From Epiperipatus broadwayi (Eukaryota > Animalia > Onychophora): a DNA stretch of 64,000 bases. Every line of letters begins with the position of its first letter. Position 1 is the stretch's first letter. The DNA lies in assembly GCA_028023455.1 (NCBI GenBank), contig JAQFVV010000010.1:5394001-5458000 (forward strand). The letters run 5' to 3'. Both the position numbers and the translations under genes were made by a program. Below the pieces are notes generated by a model, which was not told the DNA's origin, did not search any database, and worked only from the letters and a program-made list of their open reading frames with translations. This document shows positions 50,761 to 63,600 of the stretch, piece by piece.

Positions 50761-53700
50761 ATAATCTAGACTGAAAATTAAAAAAAAAATAATTATGCAA
50801 TGTCTTAAAATCAATTAAGTGATCTAGCAATAATTTTTATAAAAACGATTACATCTAAAATAAAAAATTATAAAGAAGCTATCAAGCTATTTGCTATAAC
50901 TAAAGCCTAAGAAATGTTTTAAAATGTAATGATGTTGTTTTTTTTTTATTTTGTAAGTTTTTTTAGTCAATTTTAATTTATTTTGTTTTATTTTTCTGCA
51001 TTTTTTTATGTTTTAACACTTTTTATTTTGTGTGTGTTTTTTAAAACAAAAATATTTCTTATTATTTAATACATACATTTTTCCTATTATTTTCCATTGT
51101 TTTCTTCAATAGACCATATTAAATAAATAAAAAAAGGTTTTTATTTTATTTTATAATAACTAGTCTATTGCAAAAGAAAGGCCACTTTAACAGCACTTCA
51201 TAAAAGAACAATGAAAGAGAAAGCAGTACTAATTAGGCATTATTGTCAGATGATAAGGCTTAAACAGTTTTGGTTTTATTCTCTAGATGAGAATTTACTA
51301 TTTTACTAACCACTGTTAGATAGTTGGCTAGAATGGCTATATATCAATTGTCTGAGAGAAATTCCCTAAGTCACTTGAAAGAATTTCATGTGGCTTGAAT
51401 CCAGTTCATAGGCTTAATAGATAGATATATTATCTCCGCATCATGAAGCCCTTCTAGATAATTTTTAAAAAGCACTGTTTTTGAGACTTGCTTCAAGGAA
51501 CAAAAGTGATTGGTTCAGCTCTGCTTAACCTAAGTAAATAAAATTTTACTACTTTGTTCTATAATGAAGTCTTTTGAAATATAAGAAATATTTATGGCTG
51601 TGACTTTTTATGTTGCCAAACAGTAAAACATTTGTTAGTGATATGGCAATTTTAATGTTTAATCAAAAAAGATATATTATTATAAAACAATAAATTATAT
51701 TTTTTATTTACTTTAAATGATCAAATATAAAAATTTGCGCTCCATTGAATTTTCAATACAGCACATAAAATAAATACACATATATAAAAATGGGAAAGTT
51801 AAGCTATTATTTTATTGTTGGAAACATGTTGTATAATAGTTCATTTACAGAGGAGTAATAACTTATTTTAATTATTAATGGCAATATTCTCACAAATTAA
51901 TCCTTTTACAAAATCAATAGCATTAATTTTTTTTTTTTTTTTTAATGCAACAAATTTAACAAAAATAGATGTAAACTTAGATAACATTTAAGTACAAATA
52001 AGCAATCAATTTGAACTTAAATTTTTAAACAATATTATATTGCCTAAAGGTTCCTGAAATCTGCTTTTCATTATTCTAACTGTAGGATCATATTCCTACA
52101 AATGATTATCAAGACTGAAGTCTTTCTCATAATGAAATAATGATTATATCAATTTAATGAAATAATTAATATTAATTTTATAATCAAAGAGTATACACAT
52201 CATTCAATAATATTGATTTTCTAATGGTGAAGGAGAAATATTCAAATTATTAAAGTTTTTTGAAAGTTTATATTTTCCATCGTTAATCAGGTATAATGAA
52301 TCAGAAATAGCAATGATTTAATCATATTAGTGATGAAACTATAAATACAGCACATACTTAATGTTTTGGATATTAACTATATGAAACATGCCTCATCTAA
52401 AAAAATAGTAGCAAACAGTGTTCACATAAATTTTAATTAAAAATGAAACGCACATTTCAGACTAATTTCCCGTTGTCTTTTGTATATTTTTATATTTAAT
52501 TTTGACTACGATATCATCTTAACATAATTATGACTATAATTAAGCTTTTCTTACAAAGGGAATATGCAACATTTTATTTTTGCTACGTAGAAAATATAAT
52601 ATGTAGCATCTAAATTAATAAACTGTCTAAATAAGATTAAAAAAGATAAAGAAAAAACAATATGTATTCCTTGTTTATCATAATTTCGTAAAGAAAAAAA
52701 GAATCTCATTAGCTTAATGTATAAGATCAGTAATATAACTTCAGTTCTCTGCAGATAAAATCTAAAATGTATTCTACCAGAGTTGGATAGAGAGGCTTGC
52801 TTTTTAATTATGAATTGTCTGTCCTAGAATTAATTAGCTGAATATCAAAATAATCAGCACATGAAATATAAGAGTCAGTAGACATGTAACAATCATCTGA
52901 ATTTATTATCTTCTTGAGATGTTCTAATAAATCTAAACCTTACAAAAAAATAAATCTGCTAATCTGTTAAAAGACTATCTTTATATGAAATATTAATATT
53001 TCCGGACTTCTTATTAGCAGCAATGACTAATTTAATTTACTAATTAAAAGTAATTTTCTTCTACAAGACATACAGATTTGATAAACTTATTGTTTTCCAA
53101 TCTTCTTGTCCTTCTTATTTGCTATTTTCTTCTGAGAAAGGGAGTTTTTTTAATGAGTGAGACCATAGAGGAACAGATTTATTGAACATTCATAAAATAA
53201 TGACCTGATATAAACTAGATAGAAGCCAAATGTAAGACTTTTGATTTACTTTTAACATCCAGGTGCAATTTAGTCATCTTAGTTTTATTTTTATTTTTAG
53301 ATTGCAGTCAATTGAAAGATTTATGAGAAAACTATAGTAAAATAAATTTGACAAAGCAAAAACATTAGCAATCTTTGATTAGTGGCAGGTTCCCCCCCCC
53401 CCCTCTAATTGTGATTCTTGATTATATAAAAAAAAATTGAACGGTTTATCATTAAGGGGGTCATATTACATTCAAAGACTGAAAGTGATAGTTGTGTTTG
53501 TGATCTGCAGATGTTTCATTCTTGTATCTGACATTCTATTAATGACCACACCATGTAGAGCATAGAATCAATATTACACTATGCAGAGTATGGAATCAGT
53601 GTTACAATACCTAGATATATAACAATAATTGACACATTTTATAAACTGTAGAGGCCATTAATCTTTGTAACATTAAATCTTTTAAGAAATCTTATATTAT

Positions 53701-54090
53701 AACCAAAGCCAATAAAAAGATAATTTTTTTATGACCCTATACATAATAATTTTATTCAATTGCACCATTACTATGTTTATTAATTAAGTGCCAAAGTTTA
53801 TAAACAAAAAATTTTTATTAATTACATATATGTTCATCAATAATATCTGCACTGTCCACATTATTCACATGGAATATATTTAAATTTATATGCTTGTTTT
53901 GTTTGTTAGTGATTGTAAGTCTTATACTTGCATGACAACTAGTAATTGTAAGTTTTATACTTGCATGGCAGCATGACTTAAATATCTATCTAGAGGAACA
54001 AAATGATATGGCTAATAGTTTATTCAACAAGAAATATTATTTTTCAGCAAAATTTTTTTGTCCAATGTCCTCTTTACAATGCTAAATATT

Positions 54091-55189
54091 TAATTCTGAA
54101 ATTTATTTATCAAGCGCATAGTACTATGTAATTAAATAAAAAGGATTTTCATCTTTTCACATATGCACTGTACTAAAGATGCTGTATTAATTACAGGAAA
54201 ACTCTCAACCCCAAACACAAGATAAACTTTATAAAGATAAGAGTGGCTGTCTTATCTTTAACCTAAATTCTAATTTATATAGGCCAATCTGAAGCATCTT
54301 CGTTTGTGAGAGTGAAGATGTTATTCTATTCACTTTTACATCCATTAGTTTCTTTCATATATTAATATATACGAAATCTTTCAATTTACTACAAGGCAAT
54401 TTTAAGAATTAATAAAAACTATGTAATTAAATATAAAGAATTTTCATCGTTTCACATATGCGCTGTACTAATCTATATAAGCTCAACGATGCTGTGTTGA
54501 GTACATGAAAACTCTCAAACCCAAACACAAGATAGAGACTTTATAAAGATAAGAGCATGACAACTAAATTCTAATTTATATAAGCCAATCTGAAGCGTCT
54601 TGTTCAAGAGAGTGAAAATGTTACTCTATTCACTTTTACATCCATTAATTTCTTTCATATATCCATACGAATCAATTTTAAGAATTAATAAAACTATGTA
54701 ACTCTGAAATTTATTTATCAAGCACATGGTATCTATGGAATTAAAATCTTTATCTTGTGTTTGGGTTTGAGTTTTCCTATAATCAACACAGTATCATTAA
54801 AGTTATATAAATCAGTACAGTGCATATGTGAAAAGATCCTTTCTATTTAATTGCATACGAACTATGCGCTTGATAAATAAATTTCAGTTATATAGTTTCT
54901 ATTAATTCTTAAAATTGACTTGTAGTAAATCTAAAGATTTCATTTATATTAACATATGAACAAAACTAATGGATATAAAAGTGAATAGAGTAATATCTTC
55001 ACTCTCTCAAACCAAAGAGGCTTCAGATTAAGTCTATATAAATTACAAGTTAGATTAAAGATAAGACAGCCGCTTGTATTTTTATAAATTCTCTATCTTG
55101 TATTTGGGATCAAGAGTTTTTCTGGATTCAATACAGCATAAATTAGTACAGTGCATATGTGAAAAAGTGAAAATCCTTTCTATTTAATT
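54091..55189. mobile_element. Family D: ~330-bp unit, about 2 tandem copies plus ~1.3 inverted copies
   Basis: ttcacatatgc recurs at 54156 and 54451, and inverted gtacagtgcatatgtgaaaa occurs near 54815 and 55146. 13-bp TSD aatgctaa(a/g)tatt at 54078-54090 and 55190-55202. Confidence 0.85.
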
Positions 55190-58100
55190 AATGCTAAGTA
55201 TTGTAAATTAAGAACTTTCTTGATTGCAACACTATATATAGAAACCTAATAATCATTATGATAATTTGCTATACAATTAAAAAATTATAAAACCAAGAAA
55301 TTAACAGGAAAATTTTTTTTTTAAAAAAAAAAAAGTCCCTCTGAGAAAGTATCTCAGTTTATACATCAGTTTGAATTTGTTAGTAATAAAATGATAGTTA
55401 TAAATATCTGGCTGTTGTGGTAGAATAAATATCATGAGAGGAGATCATATATTTGTTTTTATATTAAAATAGCTTTATTATTTTGACATCAATCGTGATT
55501 ATTATTAGACCTTTATAAATGGGCCTAAAAAAGGGATGACCAAAATTTTTTTGACTGCTGGTTACATGAAAAATCTGGGCCACATTGTAAAAAATGTTTT
55601 GACTTTGCTAGATAAGGTACTTATAGTAGAGAAAAGTATTGCTACTATGCCAGAAACTGACTTTCTATTATCAATTAATTTCTATTAAGTAAAGTTTGTA
55701 AAATCCTTTCAGAATAATTTTAGAATGATGTCCAGCATTGTATATAAAAATGTGAGTAAATATCATATAATGACTGAATTTTGTTCCTATGATAATTAGA
55801 AAATGAACAAATATTTTGTTATAAAATTTTGATGCCACAATCTTGTGAACTAACTTAGATGCCTATTGTTGGTTCACAACCAAACATAAACTATCTAAGA
55901 TTTAAAAACTTATCACATGCTTCCAAACATATTGCTCATTTATACTATTTAATAATTTTGTGGATAAATTTATTAAATCTTACATTTGTGTATAGGCTAC
56001 AGGTCACCCAAATTGTTGTTGCAATCCACCTGTGACCCACAAAGTGTAATTTGACCAATTTTGGTCTAGAAAAATATTGTACAAATGTGACTTAATATGA
56101 AGTGTATTACTAAAAAAACAATTCATTTGGTTAGTCAAATAATCTGACAAATCTCTAAGTAAAGATATCTTCTTGCAAATCATATAGAAAACTAATAGCA
56201 GTTCAAGTTTAAGGTAATACTGTATTGAAATTTGAAGCAAAGCAATTTCAGTTCACTTTCTTTCATTAAATTTTTAACTTGATGGATTTCTTAATATTTT
56301 GATGAGTTAAATAATATTAGTTATCTATTTTACTAATAAATTTAGTCTCAGGCTAACTTTTAAATTGGAATCAAAAATAAAATTCTACATATATCAGTTG
56401 TATTCAAATATTAAACTTCTAATGTCTTCCTTACAAAAAATAAAGTATAGTGGCAGAGTAATGAATTCAAGAGCAAAAGGTTCCTGAATCAAAATTCTAT
56501 CTATTATTTTTGTAATTGAATATCACATCAAATTTGAGTAGCTAAACACTAAATTATCTTTTAAAAACATAAAAAATAGAATGGGCATTTTCATAGAATA
56601 TGATTTATCTACAGACCTTTATAGATTGAAGAAAAAAATTAGAAAAGTAAATAGGATATAGAATATAAGAGAGACATTTCAATGATAGAAAATAAGTTTT
56701 CTGATAAAGTAATAAAATTTCATATTTCTTCATGCAAAAAAAATTATGTTTATATCTTGGACATTCTTCCAAATAGGTGGAATAAAAGAGAATTGTTACA
56801 CATCTTAATGAAGTGGAGCTCATTAAAATTTGTGGTATAGCTCTAAAATTGAAATATTATACTAAATTATGTTAACAGTGACAAACTACCACTAGCAATG
56901 AACAAGTGTTATCACTTAGTTACCTGCCTTCATGCTGAGATATTACTATACATACAACATACATGCATAAAAGAATATGGGGTCACCGTTTAGATTGTCT
57001 CAACTTTATGAAAATAATTGCAGGTATAAATGATAGAAACACTGATAACTACTGCTTCAGTAGCATTTTTTTTTCCAAGTAAAATTTTATTTCCATCAGG
57101 TTAATTTCTTGTAAAAAAACCCATAGTAATTTAATTATTTTTCCTAATTTCAGTTATCATCTTTTAAAGCTGAAATAGTTTGAGTTGTAAATATCATTAA
57201 ATTTAGATTGTATTGCTTTTGATTTATTTTTTTTCTTTTTGTATTTCATTTTAAAGACTCATGAAGTTTGCATGATTTGTTTTTGAGACATTCAGATTTC
57301 ATCCAAAAATGTGTCATTATTATCATTACTACTTAACACTGGAGAAAAAAGTTATTTATTTGAAATATAAGCGTCACTTTCATGTTATGCACAATTTATT
57401 GTCAATAATCTTCTTGGTTTGTTACATTTAAAACATATAATAATTTAACTTTCAAGTGTACCGCATTAGTATTTTAAAAGATAAAAAAAATGTTTTCAAA
57501 TTCATAAAATGGATATTGGTACAGCAAATTATGAATGCATTTGGAAGTTTAGTCCATCAAATAAAGAAATTAAATATTGGCAATTTTGTAATAATCTGCA
57601 GTTTGGATGTAATTTAGTTTCATCAGAATTAATAATCTGCAGAAAACATTTATTATAATTAAATACTTTAAGCTATTGTGGCAAAGGTTAAAATAATATT
57701 ATAGTAACATTTTGAAGTTTATCAATAATCTTGTTCTTGGCATTAAAATGTACTATTTTAAAATTCCAAGAAAATTCCAGTTCATGCTGATTAATGAAAA
57801 ATATGACAATAATTAAGAAAAAAAACCCGAATCATTACTTTAAGAGTAGTAAATCAAGAAATAAAATTATGTGGTATCATAAATATGGGCAGCTTTGAGT
57901 CCAATATTTAAACTGATCTTGGAAGCATATGTGAAAATCAATTATGTCATACATTCTTAGAATTGCCCTGTACAGTTTAGTACTGAGAGACATGCTTGAG
58001 AGCTAAAGATATTTAATTGATACCCAATCTGTCACTTATGTTATTTGACCATTATGCATCTCTCAAGCAACATAATTAGATTTCATTTTTCAAAAATCTG

Positions 58101-59335
58101 TTTTCTTTAATGTAAAATGATCAAAAAGAAATAGTTAAGTATTTAAAAGATTAACAGTTTTTTTTTTAAATTAATTTACTTATTTGCAAAATCAGCCATC
58201 TTGTCAAAAGAGCCATTATTTCTTTTTCTAATTCTCATTTAAATGAATTTGAGTTTTATGTAGAACAATCATTTCACATCTAATTAAATTAATGTAGTTT
58301 GAAAAAAACTTAAATTGGAAAATAAAAGGGTGTTCTACTTACAGTTAAGGCCAAACATTAGATGAGTTACTTTACCATACTTTTTTTACTATTGGATTTT
58401 TTCTTTTTCTCTCTATTTGTTTAATATCTCTTTAAAAAAAAAACTGAACTTATCATTATATTGGATCCAAGTTATTTTCATAATTACTAAATTTAAAAAA
58501 ATATCTAAGTTTTATAATTTGATTTACAACTCAATGCAAAAATCTAGCTAAGTAAATTAGTAACAATTTTAACACTAAGTGACAATGAATGGAAGAAGAT
58601 GGTTATGATGATGATGATAATAATAATAATAATAGAAATAAAATGTATGGATATATAAGTGTTAAACTGTTCTCACAAAGTCAGGCAAAAGAGCATTATG
58701 GTCACACAATAATACTTGATCATCATTGGTATATTTTATTAATAGTGGTCACTTACTAGGAATAAAAAAAATATTACATATTTAAAATCCCAACTAATAT
58801 AATCTCAAAAAAAAAACAACAACAATTAAATGTTATTAATTAATAAAAGTTGTATCTTAATGAGATAAGTGTTCATTAAAATATAATGACTGAATTCTGA
58901 TGTTAGAATTAATTCTCAAATGGAAATGGCAGACAATGATGATCAAATGTTATTGCTTGGTTACAGCATATTTTAAAACTACTTATGGGCAGAAAAATAA
59001 GTATACACATATACATAATAAAAAATAGTTAACTGATATGAACTTTCAAAACAATAGTCATTTCTCACAAGCATTACTTAACTAAATACATATTTCAGTA
59101 AAGTGATAGAATAATAATAATAATAATAAACTGATGAAATTAAGCAATGATAATAACATCAATTGTAACTATAAATTTTAAGCTAGGTAAATTTAAATTA
59201 ATTTATTAAACTTTTATAATATAAATTGTAATTGAACTGAAATTACTTTGGCAAATAATTTAATTAAAATTTATTTATAACAACTTTTTAAAAACTTTTA
59301 ATAGATTGAAATATTATTTGAAAAATGTTACTTAC

Positions 59336-59441
59336 CTATACTTCTTGATAATCGTAAACCAGAATAAATTTCACCATCTCGAGATGAAGAGTGAAATTTT
59401 GATACCTTAATTTCTGAATTTTTTGCCTTCCTTTTAAAGCG
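59336..59441 (-). CDS. VPS54: Probable Vps54 coding exon (1st in window; upstream exons lie beyond 64000)
   Basis: tttgcattag| and |gtaagt. 106 nt open reading, RFKRKAKNSEIKVSKFHSSSRDGEIYSGLRLSRSI+g. The phase-1 end completes GAA with the 35-nt exon. The sequence is divergent, so the assignment rests on splice signals, phase and position. Confidence 0.72.
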
Positions 59442-59619
59442 CTAATGCAAATATAATAATATTATAAAAAGAATTACTAATTAAAAACAGTAGCACTAAA
59501 AAAGAAAAATATGAAATTTATCTTATAAATCAGGATTAATGTCAATTTTCAACTATTATAGAACAAAGCTATCTATTATTAGTATTATATAACAATTAAA
59601 AAAAAAAAATTAAAATAAT

Positions 59620-60560
59620 AAAATAGAGGAAAAAAAATTACAATTCATCATTATCATAAATTATCCGAAAAAAGATAAGTATCAGGCCTCCTATTCTAAA
59701 TCTTACGATATCTTGTTCTACTCCTTAAATACTCTATCAATTTTCCTACTTCAAATCAAAGACCAACTTTTTTATTCCATCTTTTCCTCCCATGCCTTCT
59801 AAAATTCCTTCGACATATCTTCCATAATTTTTTTGTCTTGGAATAATGTTCAATCCAGTTCTACTTCATAATTTCCTTAAAACATTTTCCCCCTATTTAT
59901 TTTTTTGCTAATTTTATTTTTTGCATTCTTTTTCATATCTTTCAATCTATTCACTTTTGAAAATTGTCTATGTTTATGCTTCATATAAAGCTATACAAAA
60001 CAAAAACATTTAACAATACTTTGTTAAAAAATTAATTTCATTAAGTTACAAGAATAATCTCCTATCCTTGTTAAATGTTAGTTTGCCCTCAATATTTAAA
60101 AACGTAATCATCCTTTCTTTTCAACGTTAACTCTTAATATTTTCTTATCACTATCTATTTTCTTACCTTTAGTTTATTTAATCCTAATATAATTCCAAAT
60201 TTTCTACAATTCAATCAAGTGTGCAAAGTTTTAAGACCATTTTTATTATTCACCAATACTGACATATAATATGAAAAATTGAACATAAAACTTCCTCTTA
60301 ATGCTAATACCATTCTTATCAAAACAGCATTCATTTAACAACTCATCTAAATATATATATTAAAAAAACCACAGATAAATAATACCCTTGTCTTATCAAC
60401 TTTCCTATATCTATCTCTTCTGTAAAAAAAACCATTTAGTCTTTTAAATGCCATTTGATTTTTATTCATATTTTCTAATAAATATCTTTATTTCTTACCT
60501 ACAACTTTTCTTTTTCAAAATATCCAATAAAGTAATCTGATTCACTCTATAAATTATTTT
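59620..60560 (-). mobile_element. Old non-LTR RT remnant (second LINE family)
   Basis: Degenerate IRQGYYLSVVF..IYLDELL (RQG..LSP.LF.IY-like) near 60340-60410. Clade uncertain. Confidence 0.5.
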
Positions 60561-60576
60561 ATCAAGATTAATCATT

Positions 60577-63500
60577 GTCATCATCATCATTTTGAATCAT
60601 TATTGATTCACTGCAGAATGAAGGTCTCCCAAAATTCAATTCATCGGTCTCTTCTTCACATCATCACAGCACACTTCCTTATTTTTTCCATCCATCTCAT
60701 GCAGTCTCTTTCTAGATCTTTTACAATCTCTTGGAATCCAATTTAAGATTTCAATTCTTCTAGCAATATGTCCAGCCCAATTCCACTTCATTCTCTTAAT
60801 TCTTTCAATAATATCAGTAACCTGTTTGTTCTCTCATCTATGTATTTCATTTTCAATCTCTTCTTGTTACTTCCAACATGGATCTCCTCATAACCCGTTG
60901 AGTGATTTGAGGTTTCTGTAGTGTCCAAGTCTCAGATCCATAAGTAAGAACACGTAAAACACATTTATTAAAAACTTTCCTTTTCAAACACAGAGGTTAT
61001 ATTTCCTATTAATATTATTGCTACCAAAAGAACGTCAACAAAGTTTAATTCTATGATTAATTTCATCCATTGTATTTCCATCTGTAATAATAATCTGACC
61101 AAGGTATTTGCAATTGCTAACTCCTTCTAACTCATTATTATCAATTTTTATTTTCTTCTTTAGAGAAAATCCATTGAACAATACTTTAATCTTTTTAACA
61201 TTTATCTTTAATTGTACTTTCTTATTTTCATCTGATAATTCTTGCAACATTTCCTGAAGTTCTAAAGCATTATTGACAAAAACAATGGCATCATCTGCAA
61301 AATCTAGATGACTTAAATAATTTCCATTTACTTTTACTCCCTTAGCTTCCCATTTTAATCCATAAAATACTTCTTGCAAAACTGCTATAAAAAGTTTTGA
61401 AGATATGGAATCACCCTGTCATACATCTTTCTTAATTTGAATCTTCCTAATATCATGATATAATTTAATTGTTGCTGTTGTGTTTTTATATATATTCTTC
61501 AGAATATGACAATATGCTGTGTCTACACTTTAATGACCGAATGCTTTTTAATCAGTAAAAAAATGCTTATAGAATCAAATATCTTTTCATAATCTACAAA
61601 TCTAAAGCAACTCATATTCATCGGCCTTTTCTATAACTTCTCTCAATACTTGGATGTAATCTACTGTACTAAAGCCACTTTTAAATCCAACTTCTTTCTC
61701 TGTAGATGAGTTGTAATAATTTTAGTAAAAATTTTGTATAAAACTGATAAAAGACTAAAAGGTCTGTAATTTCTAAAATCTTCTTTATCACCCTTTTTAA
61801 ATATTAATATTGCTTTCTTCCAATCATCTGATACATCTTTATTATTTAGACATTTGTATATAACTTTACCAAAAAAAATTCTATTTCTTCACTTGCTTCT
61901 TTTAAGATATCGATTATAATTCAATCACTACCTGGAGTTTTTCCCTTTTTCATAAATTTAATTGCATATCTCACTTCTTCATTTAAAACCCTGGGCAATT
62001 CAGAAGATACAATAGTTATAAAAAATACTTTTCCTTGTTTTTATTGCTATATAATTCTTGATAGAACTTTTTACACATTTCATTATATCATCTCTCTTTT
62101 TAGTAATAATTCTATCTTTTTTTCTTATTGCAGAAATAAGTTTCTTACCAATACCAAGATGTTGTTTTATACTCCTGAGACTTTTATACTCTTCTCAAGC
62201 TTTCCATGCTAGTTCACAATTATACTTTCTTATATCATTATCAACTCTTTACAAAATTTGAGATATTCAATTCTTCTTAGTGCATCATTTTTATATATTT
62301 TCATATTCCTTCTTTTCTTCATCAATTGTTTTGTCTCACTAGAAATTTTATTGCTAAATTGCTGCTTTTTTGGGTCAATTATCTTTGTTGTAGTTTTTAA
62401 AAGATATCAGTTATCTTCCTATTAATTTCATTCAAATCTGAATCATGTTCAAAATCTGTTAATATTTGACAATGATTTGAAAGCTCTACTTTAAATTCAT
62501 TGGAATGTTTGTGAAGATTAGAAATATCAACTGTGACTATACTTTTTGTCTCTAGTTTTGCATTAACATGTATCTTACATCTCATTAATCAATGATCACT
62601 TCCTGTATTGAATTTACTATAACATTACAATCTTGAAATACTTATTTTCTGTTACTCAAAATATAATCCAATTCTGCTGCATCTTCATTTGGATGTTTCC
62701 ATGTCCATTTCTATTTAATATTTTTCTCAAAAAATAAAGTTTTTTCTCTTCTGAAAATTCCACCAATCTATGTCCTCTCTATTTTCTATCACCATAATCA
62801 AATTTACTTATACCACTTTCAATTATTTACCAATTCTAAAAGTCTCCCATGACAATTTTAAAGGGTTGTTTGGTCTGATCAAAAGACTTCTGTACATCCA
62901 TATAAAAATCCTCCATTTCTTCATTACAATGAGAACTTGTTGGGCATAAACCCGAATTATCTGCATTTGCTATTAAGTTGAATAACTAATCTTGGCATTT
63001 GCACCGATACACCATCAATCTCCATAATGTTGCCCTATTCCACTGTAAAGTGTTTGTGCCTTTGTTGTACAGTATATGTCCAATTTTTAAATCAATTATC
63101 TCTTCAATTTTTCTTCCAATTTCACAAAGTCCAATAATGTTCCCTTTAATGTTAGACAGTTCTTCTTCCAATTCTTGCATTGTACCTTCACTTGAAGTGA
63201 TCTGCTATTGTAAGTACCTAAATAAAAAGTCAATGGCAGCCTGGGTCTGCAATCAGAAGATTCTTAGCATCCTCCACCTTTGACCACCAATCACTGCCTT
63301 GGCTTGCAACTTTACAGCCTCCTGGAAATAAGGACTCTGATTTGTCTGTCATTATTGGAAATATCTATTAGAAAAACAAATTGATTCATACACACATTCA
63401 TTCTGCCTTCAAAAAAACTCAACTGATATTTCAGTTAATATATCAGGCAACTGAAAAGAAAGAGCATGACTTTTCTTGAACTTAAACTCAGAATAAAAAA

Positions 63501-63600
63501 GCCAATAAACTCACTAGCTGGATGATGAATGCATGAATAATCATATAGTAATAACAGCTGCAATGATAAGAATGTATAGAGTGTACATTAGGAATTTGCT
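60577..63600 (-). mobile_element. Near full-length decayed RTE-clade LINE (~3 kb)
   Basis: 5' UTR shared with two other copies. EN (TYNSRSL..ELEEELSNIK.NIIGLCE; SDHRL-like), RT (ORF 61035-61379 YLSHLDFADDAIVF) and 3' (gat)n tail at 60578-60592. Confidence 0.92.

Noticed and set aside
55990-57900. hAT/Charlie transposase 3' remnant and terminal motif (gtgggtcac...tttgggtgacc)
   Set aside because: No partner TIR or TSD, and translations are too degraded to confirm.
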